A stretch of DNA of 64,000 bases from Haliotis cracherodii (Eukaryota), in contig NW_027266286.1 in the NCBI RefSeq assembly GCF_022045235.1, positions 57,164,001-57,228,000 on the forward strand, written 5' to 3'. The notes beneath the pieces are model-generated. The model was not told where the DNA came from, did not search any database, and worked only from the letters and a program-made list of their open reading frames with translations. Numbering within the stretch: position 1 is the stretch's first letter; the number at the start of each line of letters is the position of its first letter. Below, piece after piece: positions 1 to 13,800 of the stretch. A program made the translations under genes and the position numbers.

Positions 1-339
1 AATATGGCTTGATCAAATTTGTTTATCTTATGCATTTGATCAACATTATTCAATCATAATAACACAGTATTTAAGTAAGTCCCTTCAATGTAAATTGAAC
101 TTTCTGCCTTCTTAACCATTGTAATCATGAGAAATGTTCTGTGGCAGTGAATGATTAATTTACCATCGATATTCATAAATTTGTATAGGTAGTGTATCAA
201 CGGTAAAATGTATTGATACACTGATATCGTGACATACGATGACATCCCTATGCTAAAGCGTTCAACATGTTCAAGAATCCCTTGAAAACATGACAAACAA
301 TTCTAATCATGCTAACAAGGGAGATAACCCTGCCTAGAC

Positions 340-2150
340 TGGTCAACATGAACCATTATTGGTACAACTTGATATACATAAAACACAACACTGTTTGACA
401 TAGTAGTAGATCGTAGTGGATCACCTGGGGAAGTAGAACAGGTGGCGTGAAAGCAAATGCTTTCAGCCCATCCCAAGGGATGCTGAATGCATCCACAACC
501 CATGCCTGCGGATACGGTAATGGGGAGACATACCTCATAAGTTGATGGTTTTGGCAAACAGGTCGATGTTTGGTTGCCCGAACTTCAGAGGCAGTAACTG
601 AAATGCTTTTGTGTGAATTTCCACTCAGTGAGAGCCACCCCGTCTGGGCACAATAATGCATCGGCCAGTATGTTCTGACATACGGGGATATGCTGAACTA
701 TGAACTGTAGTTCCAGACAATCAAATAGATGGAAGAACCTGCATGTCTGTTGAAGAAAGGAGTGGGAGTGCGTTGTATCCCGATTGCGCAGTGCTGTTGT
801 CTGTGGATATTGCGAGTTGGTCGGACTGTAGCTGATTCTACCAATGAGAGATGGCCAGAATTAACACTTCCAACTGCAGATTGATTATGTGCCAATTTCA
901 ATGAGCGCCGGACCATAGCCCTGAGGCTGTCTGGCCTTGCAGGTGAGCAACCCACCCCTGAAGGAAGGTGTCTACAAACAAGTGTAATTTCGGGATAACC
1001 CAAATAAAGAGACTCCTCCCAAGTCCACCGATTGAGGTAAGGCCTTTGAGGGACCGGTAAAGTGATGGCCTTGAGTGGATCCTGACGCCTGATGTAAGGT
1101 TTCAGGAATTGTTGGATTGGGCACAGTTGTAATCAGTCTCTGCTGGTTAAGTCCTGTGCCGAAGTGAGTAACCCTAGCAACACAACAATTGGTGAAGCGT
1201 GCATGGTTGGTGCAGTGCAGATGACAAGAGGCGTAAAATCTTTAGCCATCTGTCCTTCGGTACTGATAGGAGATCCTGGTCTGTCCGGAACAGGCCTCCT
1301 GTGACCAGGAGCTGATAAAGATGGAGTTAACTCTGAATTCGCCTCGTTAATTAGCCATCCAAGTTGATACAGCAGCCGTCTGATAAACTCCGGATGGCTT
1401 ACTTATGTGGGTATGTGTTGATGACACAGGAGACAGTCGTCTATGTACGGCTCGAATCAAAAGTTCCTCAGGTGTAGAAACGTGGTTATTGTCTTCACTA
1501 TTGAATAGCCACGGGGCCACTGAAATGCCAAATGGGAGAACTGCCCGTTGGAAGTGAACTCCATTGAACTGGAACCTGAGGAACCTTCGGTTGGAGGGAT
1601 GGATAGGTATATGCATGTAGGCATCCTGGAAGTGGAGACTGATCAAGGAAATATTGTTGATCATTCTCATCTTGTCCGAGTCCTTATTGGGTACCAGGAA
1701 TATGTGGAATAAAACCCTGGGGTTAACTCTGGTGTGCGAACAATCTCTACAGCTCCTTTCACCAACAGTATGTCTATGTTGGAATTTACTAGCAGATGTT
1801 GCTTTCTTGGATATTTCCAAGGTGGAAGAGTTGTGGTCAACAATGGGGTTACCTCTACGTCTAGAAGGTAACCGTGACGTAGTACGTTGAGTATGTGATC
1901 GTCCTTGAGAAAGGTCCGTTTTTTCCAAAACAGATTCAGTCTCCCGCCTACGGGGGAATCGACAATTGGGACGACTCGGGGCGTGGAGATCCCAGGCGTG
2001 ACTGTCCAACACTTCAGTGTTTACCCCTCTTATCCCCTCCCCTGCCTTGGTATTTACCACGACTGGACTGATAACAACCTTGAGGTTTCCCTGTGCCACG
2101 CCCTTTCCCACGAAAGGAATCCTGGTCTTGGCCTTCCTTGAGACATGTGT
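340..2150 (-). mobile_element. Degenerate DIRS-type (tyrosine recombinase) retrotransposon, RT-RNaseH-MT region, in VTA1 intron 3
   Basis: RT motifs QDAYMHIPIHP..RRFLRF and LPFGISVAPWLF, a frameshifted YIDD near 1440, RNaseH-like HIINLQL/STDNST and HIP..QNILADAL, and the DIRS MT-like motif DAFSIPWDGLKAFAFTPP. Multiple frameshifts and stops. Confidence 0.85.
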
Positions 2151-2841
2151 CTAGGCTTATAATTGTCCTACCTGCCAGCCCGCTGGGATAGACTATACGA
2201 GACGTGCTCTAGAGCCTTGAGTGCGCATGATACAGGTGTGTGATAGACTGCTGCCACACACAAACTCGATGTAACACCAAAGCTACTAGTATTTAAAAAC
2301 ACATGAATATGTTATACATACGAAGCTGAGAATTGTAAACAATCTGACTACCCTTGCAGGCAAACAATTGTAACACAAATTCAAAATGGGGGGAAACAAA
2401 GAGCATGTGACAAAGTCTTTTTATGCCTAAATAACCCTCATAAAACTACACAACTTAGGGAAAGTAAGATGAAGAGAATACATCACCCATCAAATATAAA
2501 ATCTAGAATTATATTCAAAGTTGAAGGTCTAAAATTAGCCAATTTGAAGAGCTGCGCTGAGACATGTCCTTGTCCTGTGACAGGCAGTGATGTGAGGACG
2601 GTCATCAAGGTCACATGACAGCAGCGATGGCCCGTATAAAAAGTAGAAGTGGGACTTTGAAACAACATTATTTCGACGTACGCTGTCCTTTTGTTGTCGT
2701 AAGGTAAGCAGTGAATGCATTAAGGAGTAATGCAGGATAAGTAAAAAATATCTTCTTTATTAACACAAACATTCTCATTTTCCAAGCAGATAATTCATTC
2801 AAGTCTTCCACCACACAGAACACACCATTTCATTTTCACTA

Positions 2842-2990
2842 GGGGCGGTCAGGTAGCCTAGTGGTTAAAGCGTTTGCTCGTAACGCTGATTCCCTACATG
2901 GGTACAATGTGTGAAGCCCATTTCTGGTGTCCCCCGCCCTGATATTGCTGGAATATTGCTAAAAGCGGTGTAAAACCATACTCACTCACT
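2842..2990 (+). mobile_element. tRNA-derived SINE family A
   Basis: Head GGGGCGGTCAGGTAGCCTAGTGGTTAAAGCG, tail GATATTGCTGGAATATTGCTAAAAGCGG...(CACT)n, flanked by TSD TCATTTTCACTA. Confidence 0.85.
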
Positions 2991-3481
2991 CATTTTCACT
3001 ACATCCAGTCTTCTTCAAGCAACATGTTTAAACCTTTTGTTGGGTTTACAGAATCATATGAAATAGTTTGAATTTACATTTAGTGGCCTACCATTTTACT
3101 GTAAACTGTAGACATGTAATGAAAAGAAAAGTGAACTTTGACAGTCGTGAATACATACATTTGTTGCTGTTAAAATAATTAACATCCTGCACTTTACATG
3201 CTATATACAATATATACAGTGCTAAAAAAACACAACTTTGACTGTTTTAGCATTTATGTTTTCTCAACAGCCAGATCCAAACAACTTATAGACAAATAAA
3301 TAAAAAATACTGTGTTGATCCAATTTATTTTAATTCATTCTACCCAACAGCCCAAGCTCACATCTAAGTTAAAACACTGAAAACCCAAACAAAAAACAGA
3401 GTGTGGAATCTTTTAACACATGCATTAAATACATTGGAAGGATCCAGTTTCATGAGAGAGTGGTAGCCTGTATCAACTTAC

Positions 3482-6400
3482 TTGTTGAATCTAGCAGCTC
3501 TGTCCTCATTGTCAGCAAACAGGAAGACTTTGAGAGCATAGTTCTCCATGTGAGCCTGCCCAACCACCTCGCTCTGTATAGCATCAGCCTCATACAGCTC
3601 CTTCTTGGCCTGAACAAATGTATGTTTACAAATTTACAATCACGATTCAGGAGCAATGACCACCTCGCTCTGTATAACATCAGCTTCATACAGCAAGTAA
3701 TTTTTAATGTGAAGTTTACAGGATATGCAGCTTTTCCATTGGATGAGCATGATGAGAGGCCGGTCACATGATCGTGAAACTGACGTTCAAAAGTGTATGA
3801 AGGACACATTTTGGTGTTCATACGTTTATCATGAGAGTGTATTCCTGAAATGATGTAAACACTGACGGACTACTTCCACATTCCTGGGGGAAAACACAGG
3901 GAATTCCCTTCCACAACAACATACAGAAGCGTTGTTTCTGATCATGTAGACCCTTCAATCTTGAACTCAGTGGTTTAAATTACATTGAGAAACCTGAGAG
4001 TTTGACTGCACGATTGTTCACAAATATCCCTGCTACTACCCATCCTTTTGAACAAAGAAATGCACATCCAAACTATCGTTGTATCGACTCAATCCATATT
4101 TAGACTGACAGTGACAGTCTACAGCAATCTATGAATTTACCTTGGTATCTATTAAACACATCTTCAATGACTTGACAATTAATCCATTAGCAACACATGT
4201 AACCGCCAAAGGTTCATTAACTACATCTCTCCTGTCACTTTTATCGTGTCAGCCATTTTGATGTTTTGTATTTGATGCAAATGTATTACAATGCGCTGTC
4301 ATTGAGACTGACTTACTGAGGTAGTTCTCAACAGACCTTTTTCATCTAATGATGACATCATTTTGAATACATTTATTGTAAACAAACAGCAAAAGTTGTT
4401 CCTATAGAGCATGTTGAGCATACATAAACTCATGTCACCTCTATTTTTTAAGAAACTATTTTATTCCATGATACAGCTAGTTGTTGTATGGCTGTCAGAG
4501 TAAACATGAAGTAACGCATACTAAACAAAATTATGTCTAGATCCAGGGCTACAACCTTCGAGGTACAATATACTGACATGATGTTTGGGGACAGTTTGGT
4601 CCTCACCTGCTCACTCCATAAAGGTTCAAACTCGAATTAACTCACACATAGTGAAAGTCAATTATTAATTAAACAAGTTTACCAGTTTACAATCAGGACT
4701 CAGGAGGTGAGGTGAAATGGGGAATAACGTTGCGTCCAAGATTATTGCACTTATATAACATGTGTGGCTGCTTGTACTAGTCCGGACTGATGCCGATTTA
4801 AAGTGCTAGCCCACTGAGATACCATGCCGCAGCTTAACATAATTATCCCACTCAGACACAGTATACTGACTCCAAGCCGACCAGTCCTTGTTTTAGCCCC
4901 TTAATGCCGAGCGCCAGACAGGGTAACCACAAGTACCATCTTTTAACGTCTTTTGGTATGACACGGCCGGGGATCGAACCCCGGATCTTCCGTTCTCTGA
5001 GCAGACGCTCTACCACTAGACCACGGAGGCAGTCAGGACTCAGGAGGAATAGCCAACTTGCTCCGTGAAGCATCAGCCTCATCATGCTCATACATCTCTA
5101 GTCAAATACATGTATGCTCAAAAATAAGTGATCTGATTTGAGTACAGTAGAACATGGATATAACGAGCTACAAGGGACCAGAGAAATCAGTTCGTTAAAT
5201 CCATTGTTTGTTATAAATCTTTTTGCTCGGAAACGTCTGCCATCTTGGATAAAACAAAACACTATACACGTAACTGCAGCATTGCCTTGTATTAGCAGTG
5301 ATCACTTCATAGCATTCAATTGATAACATTTCATAACATTCATTTAAGTTTAACAAGGTTGAGCCGTCACCGCTGATTGTGTTGATTCTCCGCTGATTGG
5401 GTACAGCCAGTTGTCAGTGACACTCAACACTGAGTGAAATTTCTTAGTTCGCTATACACGTCACTAATTAGTGGTAGATGTGCGTGTCGGTGATCAGATA
5501 TCAGTTTGCTGTATCCGTTAGTTCGCAATAGAGAGTTTGTTATATACGTAAATATTATATGATATTTTTTAACAGATCGTTGTATCTGTTTGTTCGCTCT
5601 ATCCATGTTCTACTGTACGTGTACCAGTATGTCAACTATGTATGTTTCAAGAAATTTCTAAACAGTAAAAAAGCATGATAAAAAGTTACACAGCGTGGTG
5701 TATGCACAAGCGTGTTTGGCTGCTTGTACTAGTGCAGACGGCCTACCTTTAGAATACAGTACCACAAACTTTTCAAACACGTGATCATACCCTATGACGT
5801 AATTTGTTGCCAGTCACACCGGCGAAACAATGCCCTGTGACGTCAGGGGTCATCGAGTGTGCATAAGCTCCTCCTAGTGATCTATCTTCTCTACACGAAA
5901 TGTCATTGAATATGCCAAGCGCTGTGGAGAGTTTTGAATATTTGTTTACTGAATATAGCCTGCGGCGGCGCATTTTATAGCAAGCGCTAGTTTACGAAAG
6001 CACTTTTATTTTTTATTCATTTTTTATTTTGTTTTTCTTGTAATTCAAGTGGCTAAAAGGGTTATAAATGGGAACTAATATACATATATTATTTTTTCGG
6101 TGCATTAATTTTCATTATTATGCAAAAGAATGTAGTTTGTTAGGGATATTTAGTGGTGCTGAACACATCCAAATGTCGCCAGTGTTAGGGTAGGTTACCC
6201 CGAACTCTATCCTTAGCCCTTGGATCCCCTTTACGATAATTCACCCCTTTACGATCATTAGGGTTAGGAACCCGTTTAGTGGCTATTAGATTACCCTAAG
6301 TCTATCCTTAACCCTTGGATCCCCTTTACGATCAATCACCCCTTTACGATCATTAGGGTTAGGGGCTAGGTACTCGTTTAGTGGCTATTATAGATTATAT

Positions 6401-9336
6401 AGAGGCTCCTTATATTCTTCCCACAAAAAAGTCGAGTAAAAAGGATGAAATGGTTTTGTGTCGAATATTTTGGCAACTGGAAACTGTCCCGGAACATTCA
6501 CACAAGCCACTTTCACCGGCTACATTTTTCAGTACTGATTCAAAAGCTAACTCACCGTTGTGCCGTCACTAGTCATGCTTATTCCTCCATCGTTCCTTAC
6601 TTTTATCCACATCATCCTTACAGTGTTCCCTACCACAATTTTCCACAGTGTTCCCTGTCACAAAAATCACCCGACGAATTATTAAATACCATATCATTCA
6701 TGCGCACTCGCGAGTTCGACGTCTGACGTCTGACGTCTGGAGCCGTTTTCAGTTCGCGGCATATCGGCTCATTCCTCACCACCCGGTATCTTGTAGATTA
6801 CGGAATGTGACGAGTGTGCCAAATGGCACGGGATCATTCGTAAGTGTCCGTAGACTAAAGTCACGAGACACCTTGCCCACCCGTAACCTTCGTAAGTGTC
6901 CGTCACCTATTCGACCCTTTTCGTTCAGTTCCGTAACGTCATAGGCATGACTAGGTAGATTTGCACTAAGTTTAACAGTGTGGACGTAGCTCAGTCGGTT
7001 AGCTGTCAGGCTAACAATCCGAGATCGTCCTCACGAGAAGTTGTGGTACTGTATTCTAAAGGTGCTCCGTGCAGACAAATGCAGGGCTCATACAGTGTTA
7101 GCCCACTAAAATACAACGCTGCAGTTTTAACATGGAAACCCCACTTTGACACACTATACTGACTCTCAGCCGACCAGTTCTTGTTCTATCCCCATAATGC
7201 CGAGTGTGATGCACTCCAATTTTGGTATGACATGGCCGGGCATCGAACTACTGACCATCCGCTCTCCGGGCAGACACCCTTTCTGCTAGACAACTGAGGC
7301 GGTCGGCTGGTAATGAAGGAAACATGTATAACCATTTCTCACCTTTTCCAGATAGTCCATCATTGTGACCAGGAAAGTCCGACAATCTGGGGACTTCATA
7401 TCAATCTCCATTCCTTTCTGCATGGCATACAGTCGACCTGTGAGGAGAAAGAGGCCCAAATGTTGACAGTGAAGAAACAAACACACCTGAAAAATGTAGT
7501 ACTACCATGGTGGAGATACAACAATATAGTGATGGCAGATAGCATCCACTCAACCTAAAATCTAGCACTTGTACCAAAAGTCACCTGGTCCCAGAAGCAG
7601 AAAATCATACAGGCTGAAAATTCTTTTGGAAGCCCCCTCATCCTTGACCTCCTACCAAAAATATGCACAGGTCTGAAATTAGAATTGGCAGATGTCAATC
7701 ATTTCTTTCTTTAAATTATAATTTTGTCACAATCCTACATTAAGAATACTGTGACCAAGAAATACTTCATGTGAAAATAATTAAATTTGCATTCGCTCAT
7801 GTTCGTACATATCATATAATCACACTGACCAAATTTCTGATTGGCCATGTTTAATTCAAGGTTTATGCAGATATAGAACACTAAAATTCAAGGTTATTTA
7901 CAGCAACCACGGTCAGATTACCGATATTTACAATTTGAAATGAACTTTAGTTCACAGGGAATGGATACATATATCATAAATGCCACACTTTGACTCATAT
8001 TTGTTGTAGTTTGACTATGTCAAAATGTGGTTTTCACAAATCTGTGGGAGGTCTCAACAGTGACGGAACAAATTGTTCCAACATAAAAAATAGCTGTTCC
8101 AAAGTTTTAAATACAATTCTTCCGATCATCACATAAAAATTCTTTGAAGTTATATTATTATGTATTTTTTAACGGAATCACAGGTAGAAAGGGAGAAAAT
8201 GTGATTGTTATTTCTGGCTTAGTTAAGTTTACGCGAAAATATACATGATAATCTTAATTTCAACATATAAAAACAATCCCTATGAATTTTAATGGTAAAC
8301 ATCATGACTACTGATATATTATCTACACTTTTACATTCTTACTTACAATTGAAGTTTGTTATCACCTGTTGGTACCGTGCATAATATGATGTTGACCGAT
8401 AGTGCTTGGTCACTTGTGCAAGTCGCATTTACACTTATCACCAATAAAAACATGTCAGTCTGACTGTATCTCTGTATATAATATCTTTTTTCATGATATC
8501 CGGTCTCAGGTTGTAATATTCGGCAAGTAGTTTCTCGAAAATATCTGGTTGGCAAATTGCCAAATTCTATAATGTTTCGGTTTGCACTTTTTGAAATCGG
8601 ATATGATAATCATGTGCTTTATCCGAAACTCTGAATAGCCCAACCATATCAACATAAACATGATAAATAGGTGATACAAATATATGCATAGCTTAACACT
8701 CTAGTGTTTATTTGTTGTTTTAGAGACGGTGGTCAGTAAATACTCGAGTATGGACCAGACAATCCAGTGATTGACCATGTTGACATCATGATCAATCGTG
8801 AAGGGACTAATTTTGTCCATGAACATCGTACTACGTATCCATATCCTTACTACATATCCAACACAATGCTTATTTACGTATATTCTTGTTTCACTAACAT
8901 GACACTTGTCATGTATCTCTAACTTAGTCTAAGCCAAATGTCAAGACGTTCAGAACACTTGATCTAAACAGAAACACATTCGTGAACGTTTTTGAAAAGT
9001 AGAACTTGTAACTCTGTACAAACAATCAGAAAAAGTGAGGTGAGTGAACAATTCGGTGGTACACACCCTTCCAAAACCCCACCCTCAATAAATAAAACAT
9101 TGAAATGTATTAAGATCATCGTGATCATGAATCATACCTAAAACAACCAGTTCGTAACAACCTGTCAAACGAGTTTATCGTCTCATGAAAGACATTTAGT
9201 TCCATGTCGACGACACAATATACTCACAATAGTAAGCGACAATAGGGTCTCTTTTGTCATGTTCTGTAGCTGTCTTCATATAATGTTGAATCGCTTTTAG
9301 ATTCGGAGGAATCGCTGGCAACCCCGCCGCAGCCAT
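3482..9336 (-). CDS. VTA1: VTA1/LIP5 (Vps4 cofactor, ESCRT) exons 1-3; remainder outside the window (<1)
   Basis: Exons 9336-9228 (MAAAGLPAIPPNLKAIQHYMKTATEHDKRDPIVAYY), 7437-7343 (CRLYAMQKGMEIDMKSPDCRTFLVTMMDYLEK) and 3609-3482 (AKKELYEADAIQSEVVGQAHMENYALKVFLFADNEDRAARFNK). GT-AG boundaries with consistent phases 1, 0, 2. Closely matches the N-terminal MIT region of VTA1 as I recall it. Confidence 0.95.
4708..5032 (-). mobile_element. tRNA-derived SINE family B (Meta-domain-like body), full length
   Basis: A/B boxes (GGTCTAGTGGTAG, GGTTCGATCC), body AAAGATGGTACTTG..GGCATTAAGGGGCTAAAACAAGGACTGG, TCACC tail, 15-bp TSD TCAGGACTCAGGAGG (4693-4707 / 5033-5047). Confidence 0.88.
5145..5615. mobile_element. 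MITE, Tc1/mariner-pogo type
   Basis: Terminal inverted repeats CAGTAGAACATGGATA / TATCCATGTTCTACTG flanked by TA on both sides. Confidence 0.85.
6185..6392. repeat. ~95-bp tandem duplication with TTAGGGTTAGG motifs
   Basis: TCTATCCTTA.CCCTTGGATCCCCTTTACGAT...CATTAGGGTTAGG occurs at ~6206 and ~6301. Confidence 0.75.
7085..7303 (-). mobile_element. Diverged SINE family B copy
   Basis: Similar to 4708-5032 (CTGACTC..GCCGACCAGT, TTTGGTATGACA.GGCCGGG.ATCGAAC). Confidence 0.7.
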
Positions 9337-10854
9337 TTTGATGTTTTGCAAACGGTAAGTGCTAATTCCGGGTTATACTAAAAGACGGACAGTAATAATT
9401 GATAAACTTTTCGATGCAGCATTTGTTGTACTGACATGATAATACGTTACGCTTAAACCATAATATATAATTAACTACAGAATATGAGAATGTGGCCCCA
9501 TTCAGCTTAAATACGTCAATCTTATGAAGCCACGAATATTGGATTAGCTTGGTAACTGTGAGTCCGGATACACCGCTCAATATCCACACATCGTTCAAAT
9601 AAAGCTCCACACAGGGTCTCAAAGGTAGCGCCCTTCTCTTGGCAAAGATTCTATAATAATGAAATTTACATCTTGATTTAATATAGAGAGGTCAATTTCT
9701 CCCATTGGACAAAAATAAGCAAAGCAAATGTAAGTGTGTGTGTGTGTATATATTATATATATAGATACGCTGCATATATACGCTGCATTTGACAATTTGA
9801 AACAATGTCGGACACATGGAGTATATTTTATGTTATCTGTTTAAGACATAATCGTTGATCTATTCCAGTTGGTATAACGAAGACGACATATGCACTAATA
9901 TTATTTCATCAATTTTGTTGATACCCTCAAACTTTCATATTCAGATATAAGCCATAAAAACCGAACGATTTAATTTTCCTGAAAGCTATCTCTTCATCTG
10001 CATAACCATCTGCGACACACGTGAAAACTACTTGCTTCTCTCATCCGCGGCGGGTATCCCAGGGGCATACTGTCACGTGACAAGGGTAGGCGAAGTAGCA
10101 ATTACGCTCCGAGCAATAATATTTTATGTCGACATTTAACGAAAGGAACACCCAACACCGAGTTACTACTGACTTAATTTAGAAGTGTAAATATTTCTTT
10201 TATTTTTGTTTTATTAACAATGATATTTTTTTAATTTCTAAAGATCATGGTGACATGATTCAAAATTGTTGAACATCTCATTTTTTTAAAATCTCGCAAG
10301 GTGTAATGAAAAGAAAGCGCGTTATGTATCTTTCAATGATTCGTTCGAAGCTGAGATACCCGAGCCCTGTGTCCATTACCTCTTGTTAATGCTGCATTAG
10401 CCCTAACTGTGCTTGCATATTTGCATGAACAAAACCCTCTTGTGTTTGTAAATCCTAACTCAATCATGTCATGCCAATAACCCCTTCAACTGCATCTTCA
10501 ACACATTGTTTTAATTAATAATATTCAAACAACGATTAATTTTCTATCCAAACTACTCTAAAAACTATACCCACACATATGTGTTCACCTACACACCCAC
10601 ATCATCCATAGCGCAGCGTTTCCTGCCTGCAGTATCTTGACTTCCTTTATTATGACAGGTGATTGATTGATTGACGGCTAATTAATCACTTATCACCGAA
10701 CCACCCTGGTCATCACTCGCGGTTCATTGAGAGAACAGTCGTGTAGGAATACATTACTTGGAGGATGTACATACAGACATGAAGTTATTCACGGAGTTTC
10801 CAACTTAGTACAAGCAAACAATGGATTGACGGACGGAAAGTCGGTGGAATTAAT

Positions 10855-13800
10855 ATGAATATTTTTTATGTACTATTCATCTTTTGGATTTATATATTCC
10901 TAGGTATGTACTTCCTTGTCATGAACTTCCTATTTTAGCGAATATCTAATTTCCGTTTTAGGTGTGTCAGACAAATCTTTAGAAATTAAGTAGGGTCACA
11001 AATATGTGTATTTTGATGTTTCTTGGTACAGGGTGTATCTCTTTCGTTCAGACAGAAATTCAGCATCGCACTTCCAGAATTAAAACTACTTTCATTCTGT
11101 AAACTTGTTTTTTGGGTTACCACCTGCTGTTTAGACGCTCTATATATGTTTTATCAAATAAAAAGATAATGATTCTGCAATATGTTTTAATATCTGCCAT
11201 TGGGTTCTATGTTGGCATAATCGTATTCTTGTTATACTCTATATATCCATATTCAAAGTATCGAAGTAAAATCTCAAGAGCGACACCCACAATATGCCAC
11301 AACTAAAAAATTGTTGGCGGACACTCTCATTAGTTTGTTAACACAAATGTCACTGATTGACATTCATGCTTTATATTTTATGACAATATCAACAACACTA
11401 ACCCGCCTTGGTACAATATCAGTAATATCAAAATAAATAACGTTGTTAATCATTACAATGAGATCATATTATGTTGGCGTCAATGCGGCATTTGGTGAAA
11501 AGGTAAAACTAAACAGGAGTGAAAAAAGGTGCGTGTATTGATTTCCTCAGAACAAACATCGAAGTATCAACTGTTTGATTGGCATTTTCATAAGTTGGCA
11601 AGAAATAGTAAAGACAAGATAGTATTATTATTTATTCTATTATGATGAGACATTTCGGTATAGATCCTAATACGTCGCGTCATAATAGAATAAAGAAGTT
11701 GTCACCCACAGAACAATCTCGCTTTTCTGAATTAAACATTGGCTGCGTTTTGGTAGCGTGACCATTAATATGTTTAAAAAGTGTACATACAGGAGGTGAA
11801 ATGTGAAATGGGGTTTATCGTCGCGTCCAAGATTATAGCACTGATACAGCGAATTAGAATTTAAGAACAGACAGGAAAAGTTACACGAAAAGCAACGACT
11901 CTTTTTTTTGACAGATGTTGAAGCCGCTATTTTAGAGAAGACGGCAAGCGTGTGCAATGGGGAGTGTTCTAATCTGTTGATGCAATGCCCACCGGCTCAC
12001 AAGATCGCCATTAGAGAAGCGCTGTATGGAGTTCACGCCGTGAGTTCCCCCTGCCCGTATTCATTTTCGTGTGAAGATGCATGGAAGGACGTGTGTTGTG
12101 ACATGGCTGCTGGCAGAGACTGTTTGTTCCCGTACCCACTGGACCACCTGGAGACGTTCCACCGAGACTGTTCGGGAAATAAACAGTGTACTATTAAAAC
12201 AGACCAGAAGCCCGAGGCATCACCAGCCTGTTCACCAGTAGAACACCGAAATGTCTCAAGCTATTCTCTCATTGACTATGTCTGTGTTAATGGTACGTAT
12301 AGGTTTTCTTCTTCTTTATATATGGGCAGAGGTGTAGCCTAGTGGTTAAAGCGGTCGCTCGTCACGCCGAAGACCCGGGTTCGATTTCCCGAATTGGTAC
12401 AACGTCTTAATCTTTATGGATTTCTATATGTAGTACTCACATTTTAGAAAATAATGTGTCTTATTCCATGTGTTCATGTTAATTTTCATATGGTGATAAC
12501 CTTTCTATATCGATGGATTCTTTTTGGGCAAATAGTAAATCTGTCAAGAATGGCACCTAACTGTCCGTGCCTTCTATGTCACCCCAGATAGCTCTTTAGC
12601 CCTACCACCCCCACCCCCCCCCCCCCCCCCCCCCTCCCCCTTCCCCTTACACCAAATTCAGCCAATGGTTAGATGTTTTAATTAGTTCCCTGATTGCGTC
12701 TGTTTGCATTTTGTCTCTGTAATATATTATGGTACTTGCTGGATCAATAGTTTAAGATTCTTTATAAGTTTTGTTTGAAATACTTAAACTGAATTCTAAG
12801 TTGCACTAGTTCCACTCTAAGTACTCTTGATGAATTATTGTTTAATGTGTTTCATTATGAGATATTAGGAATTGTTTTAGATGACAATAATGTTGTGTTT
12901 ATATTTTTCCAGACTCTTTTACTGCCGACATGTGTAGTCCCCTCAGTGTATCAATCCGGGGAAGAACTCTTTTCGCCATGTTCGACGCCAGGCGGGAAGT
13001 ACCTCCACCACCTGGGTCAGTCTGCGCCTGCGCAGCGACACCTACTTCCTGGTCAGGAAAGGGGAGAGTATCAGCATTTGTAGTTGACATGAGACTCAAC
13101 AAGCCTAGCTCTACCTGGTGTTCGGATTCAGAGTTACTGATGGAAGCTCAACCCAAAATACACGAGATCACATGCCTCGCAAGCCACGACCCATATTTTC
13201 CTTATCCTTTCGTCTCCATCCTTAACTCTACCAACGGCGCCATTTCCCGCTTGGTGATCAATGAGATCCCACCCGAGTTTGTGTGGATAGGATTTGAAGG
13301 TACTTACAATGAGCGAGCTGCAGAAGTGCCCCCTTTGATAGTACGGACCTCCTGATTCTGACCATTTCTTGTCTGTGGAAATTATTAAACTAAGTGCCAA
13401 AAATGAAAAAGTGAAAAAGAAAATATACTCTTGAAAATTTGATTGGACATAAAAATCTACGAACATTAACAAAACGTTACTGGACCGAAAACAGTCGCAG
13501 AAACTTAACCATCGAATAACCAATTCTTGTTTGTTTCATTTTAGCAACCATCAAGCAAAGGTGTTTACTTTCATTTGTGTGGCCGTTTAATTCTTTGCTC
13601 AGTTTTATCAGATGTTTCGTGTGTCAGGCACCAGTTACTCGCAATAACTGAAATTCACTGCGGCTGGAATTAGGTAATACAGTAGACCACGTTCATGACG
13701 AACACGCTTATAACGAACTGACGGATATGACGAACTATTTTTTTTGGTCCCGACCATTTGCTGTATATATGCCGTACATATGCTTATAACGAACTACAGT

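Noticed and set aside
54-296. 80-aa ORF as a further VTA1 exon
   Set aside because: No resemblance to the expected downstream VTA1 sequence.
5033-5092. Box C/D snoRNA candidate (ATGATGA...CTGA on the minus strand)
   Set aside because: Explained as a decayed copy of VTA1 exon 3; no terminal stem or guide identified.
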